From a virus, in the IMG/VR virus record IMGVR_UViG_3300045988_167643: 64,000 bases of DNA. One strand, written 5' to 3'. The notes under the pieces were generated by a model that was not told the DNA's origin, did not search any database, and saw only the letters and a program-made list of their open reading frames with translations. A program made the translations under genes and the position numbers. Below are positions 52,835-61,681 of the stretch, piece by piece. Positions within the stretch are counted from its first letter, which is position 1; each line of letters opens with the position of its first letter.

Positions 52835-53353
52835 ATGGATAATAAGAGAAATGGAAATAAAAAATATGTAATGATAGTAACGAGTGAAGATGATAGATAC
52901 AATCCAAATGCTCCATACGATGGTGTTGGTGTACAGCTTGGATTTTTTGCAGATAATCCTTGGGAAGGCAGATTTGAATGTTGTATAGATGGAGATAGTT
53001 TTGGAGAATTATGCGAAGAAATGGAAAGAACTGATGTAGGAGGTCTTTTTTATCAGCTTTACGAGAATAAATATGGAAACCGCATTAGTTATGGTACTAT
53101 CGATTATGATGCTATTCAGGATGAAATTGATGAATATGAAATTAAGAATGTAGATGATATTGATGCATCATCATATGACGTTCAGTATAGAGATGAAATA
53201 CTTTTAAAAGCATATAACTTAGAATATGCAAAAATGTGTAAAAAATATTTCCAGGAAAAAATACTTAATGGTGCATTTGATGAGAAATGGAGTATTAGAC
53301 CAGAAGAAAGAAGAGTTGTTGCAGATGAAATTGTCATTATTCCTGTAAACTAA
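52835..53353 (+). CDS. hypothetical protein (172 aa)
   Basis: GGAGG RBS before the ATG at 52835. Confidence 0.6.
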   Translation: MDNKRNGNKKYVMIVTSEDDRYNPNAPYDGVGVQLGFFADNPWEGRFECCIDGDSFGELCEEMERTDVGGLFYQLYENKYGNRISYGTIDYDAIQDEIDEYEIKNVDDIDASSYDVQYRDEILLKAYNLEYAKMCKKYFQEKILNGAFDEKWSIRPEERRVVADEIVIIPVN

Positions 53354-53591
53354 TGAAGAATATAAAATTGGTGTTATATTTATAAAAGGAATTTATAGAT
53401 GATGCATGAATTAAGAAAACTTTATATTGATTATAATTCAATATTCCGTCCATCAAAAGAAATAATACATAGAAATAAAAAAGCTATGGATAATATAGAA
53501 CAGAATGTTTAAATAAGAAGACTGGAAAATGGATTTGAAGCAAAAATTAAAGATTTAGATTTATCATTTATAGATAAGATGAAGGAATAAA

Positions 53592-53792
53592 ATGAAAAAT
53601 TATTATAAACGAACTTTTGATGGAGCGGTTTTCTCAGAAGAAACATTAAAAGAATTTTTTGCACAGATATTACTTAAAGAAGAAAAATTTCATGCGTGGC
53701 TTAATGAAAATTTGACTAAGGGAAACATTACAATTATTTCCAGAACTGAATATACGAGAAAATTAATAAATGATTATAATCGGATGAAATAA
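53592..53792 (+). CDS. hypothetical protein (66 aa)
   Basis: GAAGGA RBS. Confidence 0.5.
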   Translation: MKNYYKRTFDGAVFSEETLKEFFAQILLKEEKFHAWLNENLTKGNITIISRTEYTRKLINDYNRMK

Positions 53793-53805
53793 ACGGAGGT
53801 ATAAT

Positions 53806-54255
53806 ATGGGCAGTTTTAGTTGGTTAAGAGCAGATAAGACAACAAAGCGAAAAAATCTCACTGAAGGAGATCGCTACAAGATACTTATTCCAAAGGAATT
53901 TGGTGGTGGATTTATTAAAGACACATATTATGATTATGGATATGTTTTTCATGGAACAGAAAATGAAGCAGATCTATATGGGATTCTGGCATATTGGAAT
54001 GGTTGTGAAGGAATGGATTATTCGTATGAGTGTGGACATTATCCAAAAACAATGGAAGAAATCCTTAAATATGGAAATACATGCAAGCAGTCAAATCGCA
54101 GTCAAGGAATTAATGTTGGATGTGGTAAGGAATGCATTGATAAACTAAAATATCCTTTAAAGCTTGTTTCGGCTTCTTATAAGGGAACTTATGAAGATTG
54201 TAAAGGTCGCAGTTATAATGATCCTGAACAGGGATTTATAAAGACTTACTGGTAA
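53806..54255 (+). CDS. hypothetical Cys-rich protein (149 aa)
   Basis: GGAGG RBS. Confidence 0.6.
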   Translation: MGSFSWLRADKTTKRKNLTEGDRYKILIPKEFGGGFIKDTYYDYGYVFHGTENEADLYGILAYWNGCEGMDYSYECGHYPKTMEEILKYGNTCKQSNRSQGINVGCGKECIDKLKYPLKLVSASYKGTYEDCKGRSYNDPEQGFIKTYW

Positions 54256-54284
54256 TAAAATGAGAGTTTCAAAGAGGTGACATA

Positions 54285-54680
54285 ATGGAAATAATCATTA
54301 TTACAGGTCAACGAAATGGAAGTTTATATCTTGCAGGAAATTATGAACATGTAAAGTATTTTCCAGAACAAAGCACATTACATCCTTATAAACTATCTGA
54401 AAAAATTTTGAAATTATGTGATACGTATTTTAAAGCAAATGAAGATTTGATTATAACCACATACTCTGAAATTGTATTAGATTCTGTCAGGTTATGGGGA
54501 GCAAGAACTGGACACTGTGATATTTTGAAATGTATTAACTGCATGGATAATGGAGAAATTCGCACAGCTGGATTTAATGAATACGGAGAGATGGATGTTT
54601 GGGAGAACGGAATATTTGACATTAAAAAAATTATCCTAAAAGAATTGTTTGATATTAAAAAAGGGAAAATGAATAATTGA
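54285..54680 (+). CDS. hypothetical protein (131 aa) with a degenerate ABC/AAA_21-type ATPase C-terminal motif
   Basis: GAGG RBS. DLIITTYSEIVLDSVRLW resembles the Walker-B/H-loop region (xxxxTHSxxxL) of SMC-like ATPases, but there is no P-loop. Confidence 0.5.
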   Translation: MEIIIITGQRNGSLYLAGNYEHVKYFPEQSTLHPYKLSEKILKLCDTYFKANEDLIITTYSEIVLDSVRLWGARTGHCDILKCINCMDNGEIRTAGFNEYGEMDVWENGIFDIKKIILKELFDIKKGKMNN

Positions 54681-55032
54681 AAAATTGCTTTCAAGGTGAA
54701 GAATGGAGATGACAATATGACATTAAGGGAATTAGAATTTTTTAAAAATGTAAATAAGATCGCGGAATTGCGTTGATAGCTTTATTGTCAACCAAGCAAA
54801 AGAATTTTTCGATTGGTTAAAATTATGGTTCAAAGAGAAATATAAAATAGAGCTTAATTGCAATAATACAGGAAGCGTTATGTGGAGTAATAATTTTAGC
54901 GAGGATTAATACATGGATGACATAGATATTATCATAGAAGTTGATGGATGGATTATTAAGGCAAACACAGATATGATTGAAGAAGATGTGATTCGGCAGC
55001 GAATGTGATTGAAACCTAAAAACGAGTAGATA

Positions 55033-55063
55033 AGCGATCAGATTAATTTCTGGTCGCTTTTGT
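55033..55063 (+). terminator. rho-independent terminator
   Basis: AGCGATCAG...CTGGTCGCT followed by TTTGT. Confidence 0.65.
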
Positions 55064-55091
55064 AAAAGTTGGATTTTACAAGAGAATTTTA

Positions 55092-55120
55092 CTGACAATA
55101 CAAGATAAATGTGGTATGAT
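55092..55120 (+). promoter_or_regulatory. promoter CTGACA-17-(TGg)TATGAT with an extended -10
   Basis: The -35 is at 55092-55097, TG at 55112-55113 and the -10 at 55115-55120, about 45 nt upstream of the 55167 start. Confidence 0.6.
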
Positions 55121-55166
55121 TTAAGAAATTAATTGTACGTGAAATAATTGAAATGGAGGAAAGAAA

Positions 55167-55928
55167 ATGGCACATTATGGAAATGATGATCGGTTTGATC
55201 ATATCTTTTTTTACGATGCTGATGATTTTTTGAGTAGTAATAAGAAAATATTAGCAACTCAACTGGAACAATTTGCAGAAGTATTTGAAAAAGGTAGAAA
55301 AAGAGAGTTTGGGTACTCAAAGTTTAGGCTTATTTATGGCTGCACAACAGACGACTATGAGATGGACATTTTAAAGCATGAATGTTTAGAATTCAATAAA
55401 GGTGTCATGACAAATGAAGAGAAAGAGTTTTTTAAGGAACTTTTATTTGTAAAAAATGCACAACCATACATAGATGCAGGTTATCTTGTATACGATGGAA
55501 AAAAGACTAAGCCACCTATACATGCATATGCTCCAGCAACAACAGATGATTACTGGTTTCCAACGGAAAAATGTAAAATTGACTACGAAAAATATGTAGA
55601 GGAAAAGAAGCAGAAAAAATACAATGAAGCTTTGAGGAAAGCAGCTATAGAAGCCGGTGTATTGTCAACGGATGGAACAGGAAAACCAGCGGAATTTTGT
55701 AACCCAGATTGTTATACAAATATTCCTATTTTTACAACCGATCAGATTAAAATAGGATTAGGATTACTTGTTGTATCCGGAATACTTCTTATTACAATAT
55801 TTGCACCTTTTATTGTATTAATTTGGGTTTGGTATCTTTGTGACGTTTATAAAGATTATAAACAAAGGCAATTTGCAGCAGAGCGATATTATAGAGCCAC
55901 ACATGGACTTCCATATAATAAAAAATAA
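55167..55928 (+). CDS. membrane-anchored protein (253 aa) in a self-contained promoter/terminator unit
   Basis: GGAGG RBS. The C-terminal TM region reads IGLGLLVVSGILLITIFAPFIVLIWVWYL. Confidence 0.65.
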   Translation: MAHYGNDDRFDHIFFYDADDFLSSNKKILATQLEQFAEVFEKGRKREFGYSKFRLIYGCTTDDYEMDILKHECLEFNKGVMTNEEKEFFKELLFVKNAQPYIDAGYLVYDGKKTKPPIHAYAPATTDDYWFPTEKCKIDYEKYVEEKKQKKYNEALRKAAIEAGVLSTDGTGKPAEFCNPDCYTNIPIFTTDQIKIGLGLLVVSGILLITIFAPFIVLIWVWYLCDVYKDYKQRQFAAERYYRATHGLPYNKK

Positions 55929-55941
55929 TATTTACAATAGA

Positions 55942-55972
55942 AACAGCTTACATAAATGTAGGCTGTTTTTGT
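55942..55972 (+). terminator. rho-independent terminator
   Basis: AACAGCTTACA...TGTAGGCTGTT followed by TTT. Confidence 0.75.
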
Positions 55973-56000
55973 ATTTAAGAAAACCGGAGGTATAAGCAAA

Positions 56001-56309
56001 ATGAAGAATATAAGATTATTACAGGCTGCCAATTCAGAATGCACAAATAAAGATTTCATAATAAGAATGTGTGAATGTGTAAAGGATAGATTACTGGAAC
56101 TACAAATGCGTACAACATTTCGTCCTACAAGTGTTAATGAAGAAACGCTTAGTGAATGGGAAGAAGTTGCTGATGTAGCAAATGATATTATGAAAAAATA
56201 TAAGGAGGATGAAATTGATGATGAATTAGAAGATATGATTGTAGATATGAAAGAAAAAATATTGGATTACCATATGAACTACCAGGGAATAAGCAAATTG
56301 GTAATATAA
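56001..56309 (+). CDS. hypothetical acidic protein (102 aa)
   Basis: GGAGG RBS. Confidence 0.6.
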   Translation: MKNIRLLQAANSECTNKDFIIRMCECVKDRLLELQMRTTFRPTSVNEETLSEWEEVADVANDIMKKYKEDEIDDELEDMIVDMKEKILDYHMNYQGISKLVI

Positions 56310-56324
56310 AGTGAGGTGATAAAG

Positions 56325-57353
56325 ATGACAGGTAGAATGGAGATAGAAGTCAAATATACAAACAATATAGATCGGCTCCTAAAAAATGAGCCAGAATATA
56401 TGGATCTGTTTAATGTGTTTATGATCGCAGATGATAAAACGGTAAAGACAAGATTAAACTACATTAACAATGTAGTAAGGTTTATACATTATCTAAAAGA
56501 TTCTGGATATCCAACGGAAACTATAGATGATATTGGAAAATTAAATGTAGAAACTATAAGAAAATATATTGTAGACGATGATAATCGTGTAATTATAGAT
56601 AATGGAAGAATTTCTGATTCTTATAAGTACATTAGATATTTTTCTTTAAATTGCTTTTTTAAGTTTTTGGAAGATGGGGATCATATTAATAAAAATCCAA
56701 TGAGAAAAATTAAAACTCCAAACAATAAAAGAATGAAGAAAAAAGTATATTTGGATGTTAATGAAGTAAGGGAAATTGAGAAAAATGTGTCTTCTGGAAA
56801 TACTAAAAGAAGCAAATCATATCTTTCTCAGTGGCATGAGAGAGATGAGGCTATAATTAATCTTGGATTCCATAAGGCACTACGAGTTTCTGCGATAATC
56901 TCAATTAATCTTGAAGATATTAACTGGGAAGGTAAATCTTTAAGTGTTATTGAAAAAGGAAATGACCCACGGCATATTCATCTCAGTGACGGTACAATCA
57001 AAATACTTCAGTGTTGGGTCCAGAAGCGAAATGAATATACTAAAGTAAATGGGGTGGAAAGTCCTGCATTATTTATTTCAAACAAATCTGGCAGAATTTC
57101 ACAAAAAACAGTTGGAAGGATATTAAGATCATATGCCGGTGACATCAATAAAGAAAAAAGAATTGTACCACATACAATGCGAAGCTCTACCGGTACAAAC
57201 TATTATTTGAAAACAGGTAATGCTAGAGCGGTACAGCAATTACTTGGCCAAAAGAGTTTAGCAGCAACACAAAAATATCTGGATGACACAGTTCAGCAGA
57301 GAAGAGAAATTACTGATACAGTAGAAGATTTGTATGGAGATGATAATGAATGA
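56325..57353 (+). CDS. second tyrosine recombinase (integrase/Xer-like)
   Basis: GAGGTG RBS before the ATG at 56325. ALRVSAIISINLEDI...HTMRSSTGTNYY...LLGQKSLAATQKYL gives the R...HxxR...Y signature. Confidence 0.8.
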   Translation: MTGRMEIEVKYTNNIDRLLKNEPEYMDLFNVFMIADDKTVKTRLNYINNVVRFIHYLKDSGYPTETIDDIGKLNVETIRKYIVDDDNRVIIDNGRISDSYKYIRYFSLNCFFKFLEDGDHINKNPMRKIKTPNNKRMKKKVYLDVNEVREIEKNVSSGNTKRSKSYLSQWHERDEAIINLGFHKALRVSAIISINLEDINWEGKSLSVIEKGNDPRHIHLSDGTIKILQCWVQKRNEYTKVNGVESPALFISNKSGRISQKTVGRILRSYAGDINKEKRIVPHTMRSSTGTNYYLKTGNARAVQQLLGQKSLAATQKYLDDTVQQRREITDTVEDLYGDDNE

Positions 57354-57568
57354 GTAAGAGTTTAGATGATATATTAAGAAACAAGGGAGACTTGAAACCA
57401 CGCCAGGTTGAAAAGATATTTAATGCAAATGGATGGTACATAGTCAGAACAAATAATCATAATATATATAAGAAGGAAGGTAGATCGGAGTTGGTAATAG
57501 CTCCGATTGGAAATATGAATTGGAAAACATTTCGTGATACTTGCAAGAGATGCGGTATGGCAATGTAA
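57350..57568 (+). CDS. HicA-like small protein
   Basis: 72 aa, ATGA overlap with the recombinase. FNANGWYIVRTNNHNIYKKEGRSELVIAP resembles the HicA core. Confidence 0.4.
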   Translation: MSKSLDDILRNKGDLKPRQVEKIFNANGWYIVRTNNHNIYKKEGRSELVIAPIGNMNWKTFRDTCKRCGMAM

Positions 57569-57635
57569 GGGAAATTGTGGTATGATGGAAGTAATTTTAA
57601 GTTGGAAAAGTTAAAGTTTATGAGGATATAATATT

Positions 57636-57920
57636 ATGGAAATCATTAAGTTAAAAGTTGGTAGAGATATACTGGAAATTAATAAAAATGATTTAATTCT
57701 TGATAATGGAGTATGTTATCAGATCATCACTAAAGAAGTTGGTAAAATAGATTGTAGACACTCGCCAGTAATGAGCAAAAAACTATTCAGTGATTTAAGA
57801 AAATATGAATTAATCTTTACAAACGAAGAATTAAGACAGATGGCAATCAGAAAATATAATACTGATAAATTTTCGCTATGGAAGTTTGATATTGATTGGA
57901 TGAAGAAAATAGGGTATTAA
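57636..57920 (+). CDS. hypothetical protein (94 aa)
   Basis: GAGG RBS. Confidence 0.55.
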   Translation: MEIIKLKVGRDILEINKNDLILDNGVCYQIITKEVGKIDCRHSPVMSKKLFSDLRKYELIFTNEELRQMAIRKYNTDKFSLWKFDIDWMKKIGY

Positions 57921-58154
57921 ATGAAAAAAATAGAACTATCAGATGTGCAAAAATTAGAAAATGGAACAAAAGTATATGTTGAATGCGTTGGAGATGAATG
58001 GTATTTTTCAGATAAGAAAAATTACAAAACGTGGAATGTAAAACAAGAAAATGGGCTTCATTATGAGGTCGAAACTGAGGACAACACTATAAGCTTTCCA
58101 TATGATTTTGACTATAATGGATATAATATGGAAATTGCCTGTTACATTGATTAA
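57921..58154 (+). CDS. hypothetical protein (77 aa)
   Basis: The start is immediately adjacent to the upstream stop. Confidence 0.55.
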   Translation: MKKIELSDVQKLENGTKVYVECVGDEWYFSDKKNYKTWNVKQENGLHYEVETEDNTISFPYDFDYNGYNMEIACYID

Positions 58155-58185
58155 ATATAAAATTAAACTTCTATGGAGGTAGAAA

Positions 58186-58437
58186 ATGTATTTAAAGTCA
58201 AATAGAGTTGGTGTGATTGTTGAACGAATTGGGAGTAAGAGACAGCACAAATATAAACTTACAGAAAAGTCAATCACAATGGTTTCTGCAGGAACATTGG
58301 TTATACCAGTACATTTTCTCAGTGACAATTTCCAACTGTATAACCAGAATTGTGATGAGTTAATACAACCAGAAGGGAATTTCTGGATTACTGCTGAGAC
58401 TATTGATCCTTATCATGTGGTAATTGATATGTTTTAA
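58186..58437 (+). CDS. hypothetical protein (83 aa)
   Basis: GGAGG RBS. Confidence 0.55.
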   Translation: MYLKSNRVGVIVERIGSKRQHKYKLTEKSITMVSAGTLVIPVHFLSDNFQLYNQNCDELIQPEGNFWITAETIDPYHVVIDMF

Positions 58438-58450
58438 GGAGATGAATATA

Positions 58451-58606
58451 ATGTATGATTCTGAAGAAATTAGAGAAATAATTAACGAAGCCGTAGCAGA
58501 GGAGATATTTTTACTTAAAGAAGAGGAACAAGAAAAATATCTTGTAATCCAATCATTAAAATCAAGGTTATATGACGCATTTGGACTTGAAGATGATGTT
58601 ATATAA
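58451..58606 (+). CDS. hypothetical acidic protein (51 aa)
   Basis: AAGGAG upstream of the ATG at 58451. Confidence 0.45.
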   Translation: MYDSEEIREIINEAVAEEIFLLKEEEQEKYLVIQSLKSRLYDAFGLEDDVI

Positions 58607-58670
58607 CTTGCAAAACAAGTTATTGTAATGCATAAGTGAATTTTAACTTTTTATGGAGGTAGAAAATAAT

Positions 58671-58898
58671 ATGACATACGGAAAATATAAAAAAACAAAA
58701 GAATATCTTAATGCAGAAGACATTTATTTATGTGTAAATGGAGAAGACCCAGTTAACGAAATGTATTATCCATATCAATTAGATAATGTTCCAATAATTG
58801 GAATTGGTTATTTACAAAATAACATAATTCAAATTGATTTAGTTGTTTTAAATTGGAAAGACAGATTTGATCCAGAATGGTATGCTGAATGTAAATAA
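58671..58898 (+). CDS. hypothetical protein (75 aa)
   Basis: GGAGG RBS before the ATG at 58671. Confidence 0.55.
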   Translation: MTYGKYKKTKEYLNAEDIYLCVNGEDPVNEMYYPYQLDNVPIIGIGYLQNNIIQIDLVVLNWKDRFDPEWYAECK

Positions 58899-58924
58899 AA
58901 TGACGATTTGAAGGGAGATATAAG

Positions 58925-59149
58925 ATGGCAAGATTAAAATGGAACATAGTTCACGAGTGTGACGATGACAACGGAAATCCAACTCAATGGGCTGCTGAAA
59001 TAAATCATCCGGATTATGGAAGATTCGTTTGGATCGACGATGAAGGTGAGAAGTTTGGAGTATACAGTGGAAAGAACTGTAATACAAAATTGGCGGAATG
59101 TAAATCTCTTGCAAGTGCGAAGAGATGGGTTGCGACATATATATTTTGA
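58925..59149 (+). CDS. hypothetical protein (74 aa), paralog of 47023..47262
   Basis: GGGAG RBS. Conserved motifs are shared with the 79-aa paralog. Confidence 0.65.
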   Translation: MARLKWNIVHECDDDNGNPTQWAAEINHPDYGRFVWIDDEGEKFGVYSGKNCNTKLAECKSLASAKRWVATYIF

Positions 59150-59162
59150 ACGGAGGCGACAT

Positions 59163-59426
59163 ATGAGAACATTATATGATGAATACACATCTGGCATATT
59201 AGCAGAATATGCATATTGCATTCAGTTAGGGCATGATATGCATATTGGAGACACATATCCTATTGGTAAAATTTGGAATGGCGTTGGAAACATTTCTGAA
59301 ATTTTAAGAAACCGAAAAATTTCAGTAGAAGATGAGGACGGAGAAATATATACATTGTTTTTTAGAATTATCAAGAAAAAATCGCAAATATTAAGAACTA
59401 CGGTAGAAATTATTGATGCAGATTGA
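59163..59426 (+). CDS. hypothetical protein (87 aa)
   Basis: GGAGG RBS before the ATG at 59163. The track start at 59016 lies inside the previous gene. Confidence 0.55.
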   Translation: MRTLYDEYTSGILAEYAYCIQLGHDMHIGDTYPIGKIWNGVGNISEILRNRKISVEDEDGEIYTLFFRIIKKKSQILRTTVEIIDAD

Positions 59427-59445
59427 TTAATAAAACAGATATTTT

Positions 59446-60543
59446 ATGGAGGATAAATGCGTATTGGAACATGGGTTATTATACTATAAAGATGCAATTC
59501 CCAAATATGAATTAACAGAAGATAGTATGGAAATTAAAATAGATGAAAAAATAATTAAGTTGCACCGAATTAGGGCATTAGAAGATTTTGGTGATGTAAA
59601 AAAAGGAGATATAGGTGGATGGGTAGAAAGTGAAGATAATTTGGATATATTCTGTGGCCATAGCTGGATATACGATGATGCAATAGTATGTGGTAACGCT
59701 ATAGCATCAGGTTATTGTCAAATTAGAGAAAATGCGATAATTACAGATAATGTTGAAATTAGAGATTTTGCAAAAATATCAGGAAATGTAAAAATATTTG
59801 ATAATTGCATGATATGTGAACATGCAGAAATTACAGATAATGTTATTATATCTGGAAAATGTTGCATAAGTGGAGAGACAGAAATAAATAAAAATGTAAG
59901 AATATCAGGAAATGTATTTATTCATGGATATTCAAGTATCATAACTGACAATGTGCAAATAATGGATAACGTTGAAATTTATGCGTGTAGTAGCCCAGGA
60001 ACAAAAGAAAAGTTAAAAATTGAAGAGAGTGTTGTACTTGCCGAAAATTGCAAAATTTTTGGTACAGTAAATATTTGTTGTAGAGCATATATTCACGGTT
60101 ATGCAAAAATTGATGGCAACGCTTATATATCTGGGGATAGTGAAGTATATGATTGTGTAAAAATATCTGACGATTGCAAGGTTAAAGGAAAATCTAAAAT
60201 ATATGGAAGAGCTGTCTTAAAAGATTTTGCAAAGGTTATTGATGCAAGTGTCTCTGGTAAAGCAATATTACATGATAATACAGGGGCTTTTGATGGAGCA
60301 AATGTCTGTGGTACTTTTTTAATGTTTGGTGACCAATGGGTAGATAATGGTCGTTGTGTAAGTAATAATGAAACTCAAAAAGCAACAGACTGGGATATGG
60401 AAAATAGAGCGTATCTTAGATATGATCAAATTCATAATCCTGAAAAAATAAGAAAACTTATAAAATATATAGAAGATAGAGAAAATGCAAAGAAAAGTAG
60501 AGAAATAGACTTTATTAATAGTATGAGGTTTAATTTAGACTAA
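59446..60543 (+). CDS. beta-helix repeat protein (365 aa), large paralog of 35005..35514
   Basis: Shares the N-terminal module (YELT...LHRIRAL..FGDVKKGDIGGWVESEDNL). Long run of xNxxIxG-type repeats. Confidence 0.65.
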   Translation: MEDKCVLEHGLLYYKDAIPKYELTEDSMEIKIDEKIIKLHRIRALEDFGDVKKGDIGGWVESEDNLDIFCGHSWIYDDAIVCGNAIASGYCQIRENAIITDNVEIRDFAKISGNVKIFDNCMICEHAEITDNVIISGKCCISGETEINKNVRISGNVFIHGYSSIITDNVQIMDNVEIYACSSPGTKEKLKIEESVVLAENCKIFGTVNICCRAYIHGYAKIDGNAYISGDSEVYDCVKISDDCKVKGKSKIYGRAVLKDFAKVIDASVSGKAILHDNTGAFDGANVCGTFLMFGDQWVDNGRCVSNNETQKATDWDMENRAYLRYDQIHNPEKIRKLIKYIEDRENAKKSREIDFINSMRFNLD

Positions 60544-60565
60544 TGATGGGTATGAATTATTAATT

Positions 60566-60593
60566 GAGACACTAATTACAGTGTCTCTTTTTT
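60566..60593 (+). terminator. rho-independent terminator
   Basis: GAGACACT-aattac-AGTGTCTC followed by TTTTTT. Confidence 0.8.
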
Positions 60594-60622
60594 ATACTAA
60601 AAATGAAAGGAAGTGAGAAGTA

Positions 60623-61063
60623 GTGGACGAATACAAACAGTTTGATATTGTTTACGCTGATCTTTCTGGTAAAGGAACTATAGGATCTGAGCAGAAAGGT
60701 ATACGACCTGTGATAATCATTCAAAATGATACCGGCAACATTCACAGTCCAACTGTTCTTGTAATGGCGCTTACAAAGGAACTTAAGAAAGCAAATCAGC
60801 CAACCCATTACATAATTAGGAAGAATAATGCGAATGGGTTGAAATTTGATTCGATGGTATTAGGGGAGACTATTACACAGATCTCAAAGCAGCGTATTAA
60901 ACAGAAAATTGGTGTAGTAGATAATACCGCAGATAAAGATGGAATTATTGGAACATATATGGCTAATCTTACTGGAAAAAGTAGATATGGAAATCCATTA
61001 TGGACCAAGATTACACAGCTTTTCTGTAAATTGGTTAAGGAGGGGCAAATATGTGCGAATTGA
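60623..61063 (+). CDS. MazF/PemK-family toxin (mRNA interferase) with a C-terminal extension of about 30 aa
   Basis: 146 aa, GTG start with GGAAGTGAG RBS. FDIVYADLSG..GSEQKGIRPVIIIQND..N..SPTVLVMALT...PTH..I....GL...SMVLGETITQISKQRI. Confidence 0.8.
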   Translation: MDEYKQFDIVYADLSGKGTIGSEQKGIRPVIIIQNDTGNIHSPTVLVMALTKELKKANQPTHYIIRKNNANGLKFDSMVLGETITQISKQRIKQKIGVVDNTADKDGIIGTYMANLTGKSRYGNPLWTKITQLFCKLVKEGQICAN

Positions 61064-61311
61064 ATAAGGTGGAGGCAATGGAACTTATAAAAGGGATTGT
61101 AGGAAGTAAAGTTTGTGCAATGTACTATAACAAGAAGAAAGGTATATCTTCAAAATCTAAGAAAATTGGCAAGAGGAGGGTGGAGAAAAATATTCAGAAT
61201 GCAAAGACTATTACTTATAGCGGTTCTGAATATATCAGGAAGATAGAGCTTCATGGAATCAAAGGGAAATTCAAATTTTCTCCATGCAGCTCTATTGTTA
61301 TTCTGTTCTGA
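61051..61311 (+). CDS. hypothetical basic protein (86 aa), candidate downstream antitoxin
   Basis: Overlaps the toxin 3' end by 13 nt. AAGGAGGGG RBS inside the toxin 3' end. Confidence 0.45.
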   Translation: MCELNKVEAMELIKGIVGSKVCAMYYNKKKGISSKSKKIGKRRVEKNIQNAKTITYSGSEYIRKIELHGIKGKFKFSPCSSIVILF

Positions 61312-61373
61312 TCGAAAAAATCGAACAAAAGTTCGAAAATGTTAAATTATACCTTTTTATTGGTACGATAAAG

Positions 61374-61382
61374 TGGTATAAT
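61374..61382 (+). promoter_or_regulatory. extended -10 promoter element TGgTATAAT
   Basis: TGGTATAAT at 61374-61382. No good -35. About 300-350 nt upstream of the sigma-factor gene. Confidence 0.45.
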
Positions 61383-61681
61383 CAAATACATAAAAGAACA
61401 AATGTTCTGATTTTTAATCGACATTGATCTTATAAAGAAAAATGCCCTACCAGCAGAAAGTTTGGCGACCGTCGGCTGATAGGACAGGGTTTTCTGTACC
61501 CACGGATGGATACATACATATTATGTAGCAATTTAATGGAAATGTCAATATTTTCCAATTCTAATCTCTTGCCATTCTGTAAGAGAAATTCCGTGAGTAT
61601 AACTGTATATTAAATATGCTATTTGCTAAAAATGGAATTGTTATCTTTTTAAGAATAATTTCATTCTCTTTTTAGAAGCAA

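Noticed and set aside
54823-55320. Minus-strand ORFs 54823..55098 and 55129..55320
   Set aside because: They have no RBS, are antisense to the arm, and run across a plus-strand terminator and promoter. I treated the region as decayed or non-coding.
38620-58670. Recurrent T(A/C)GGAGGT-type sequences before many genes (for example TTTGATCGGAGG at about 38630, 44286 and 48075) as a special regulatory motif
   Set aside because: They are adequately explained as Shine-Dalgarno sites in an AT-rich context. The extended similarity is short and not consistently spaced.
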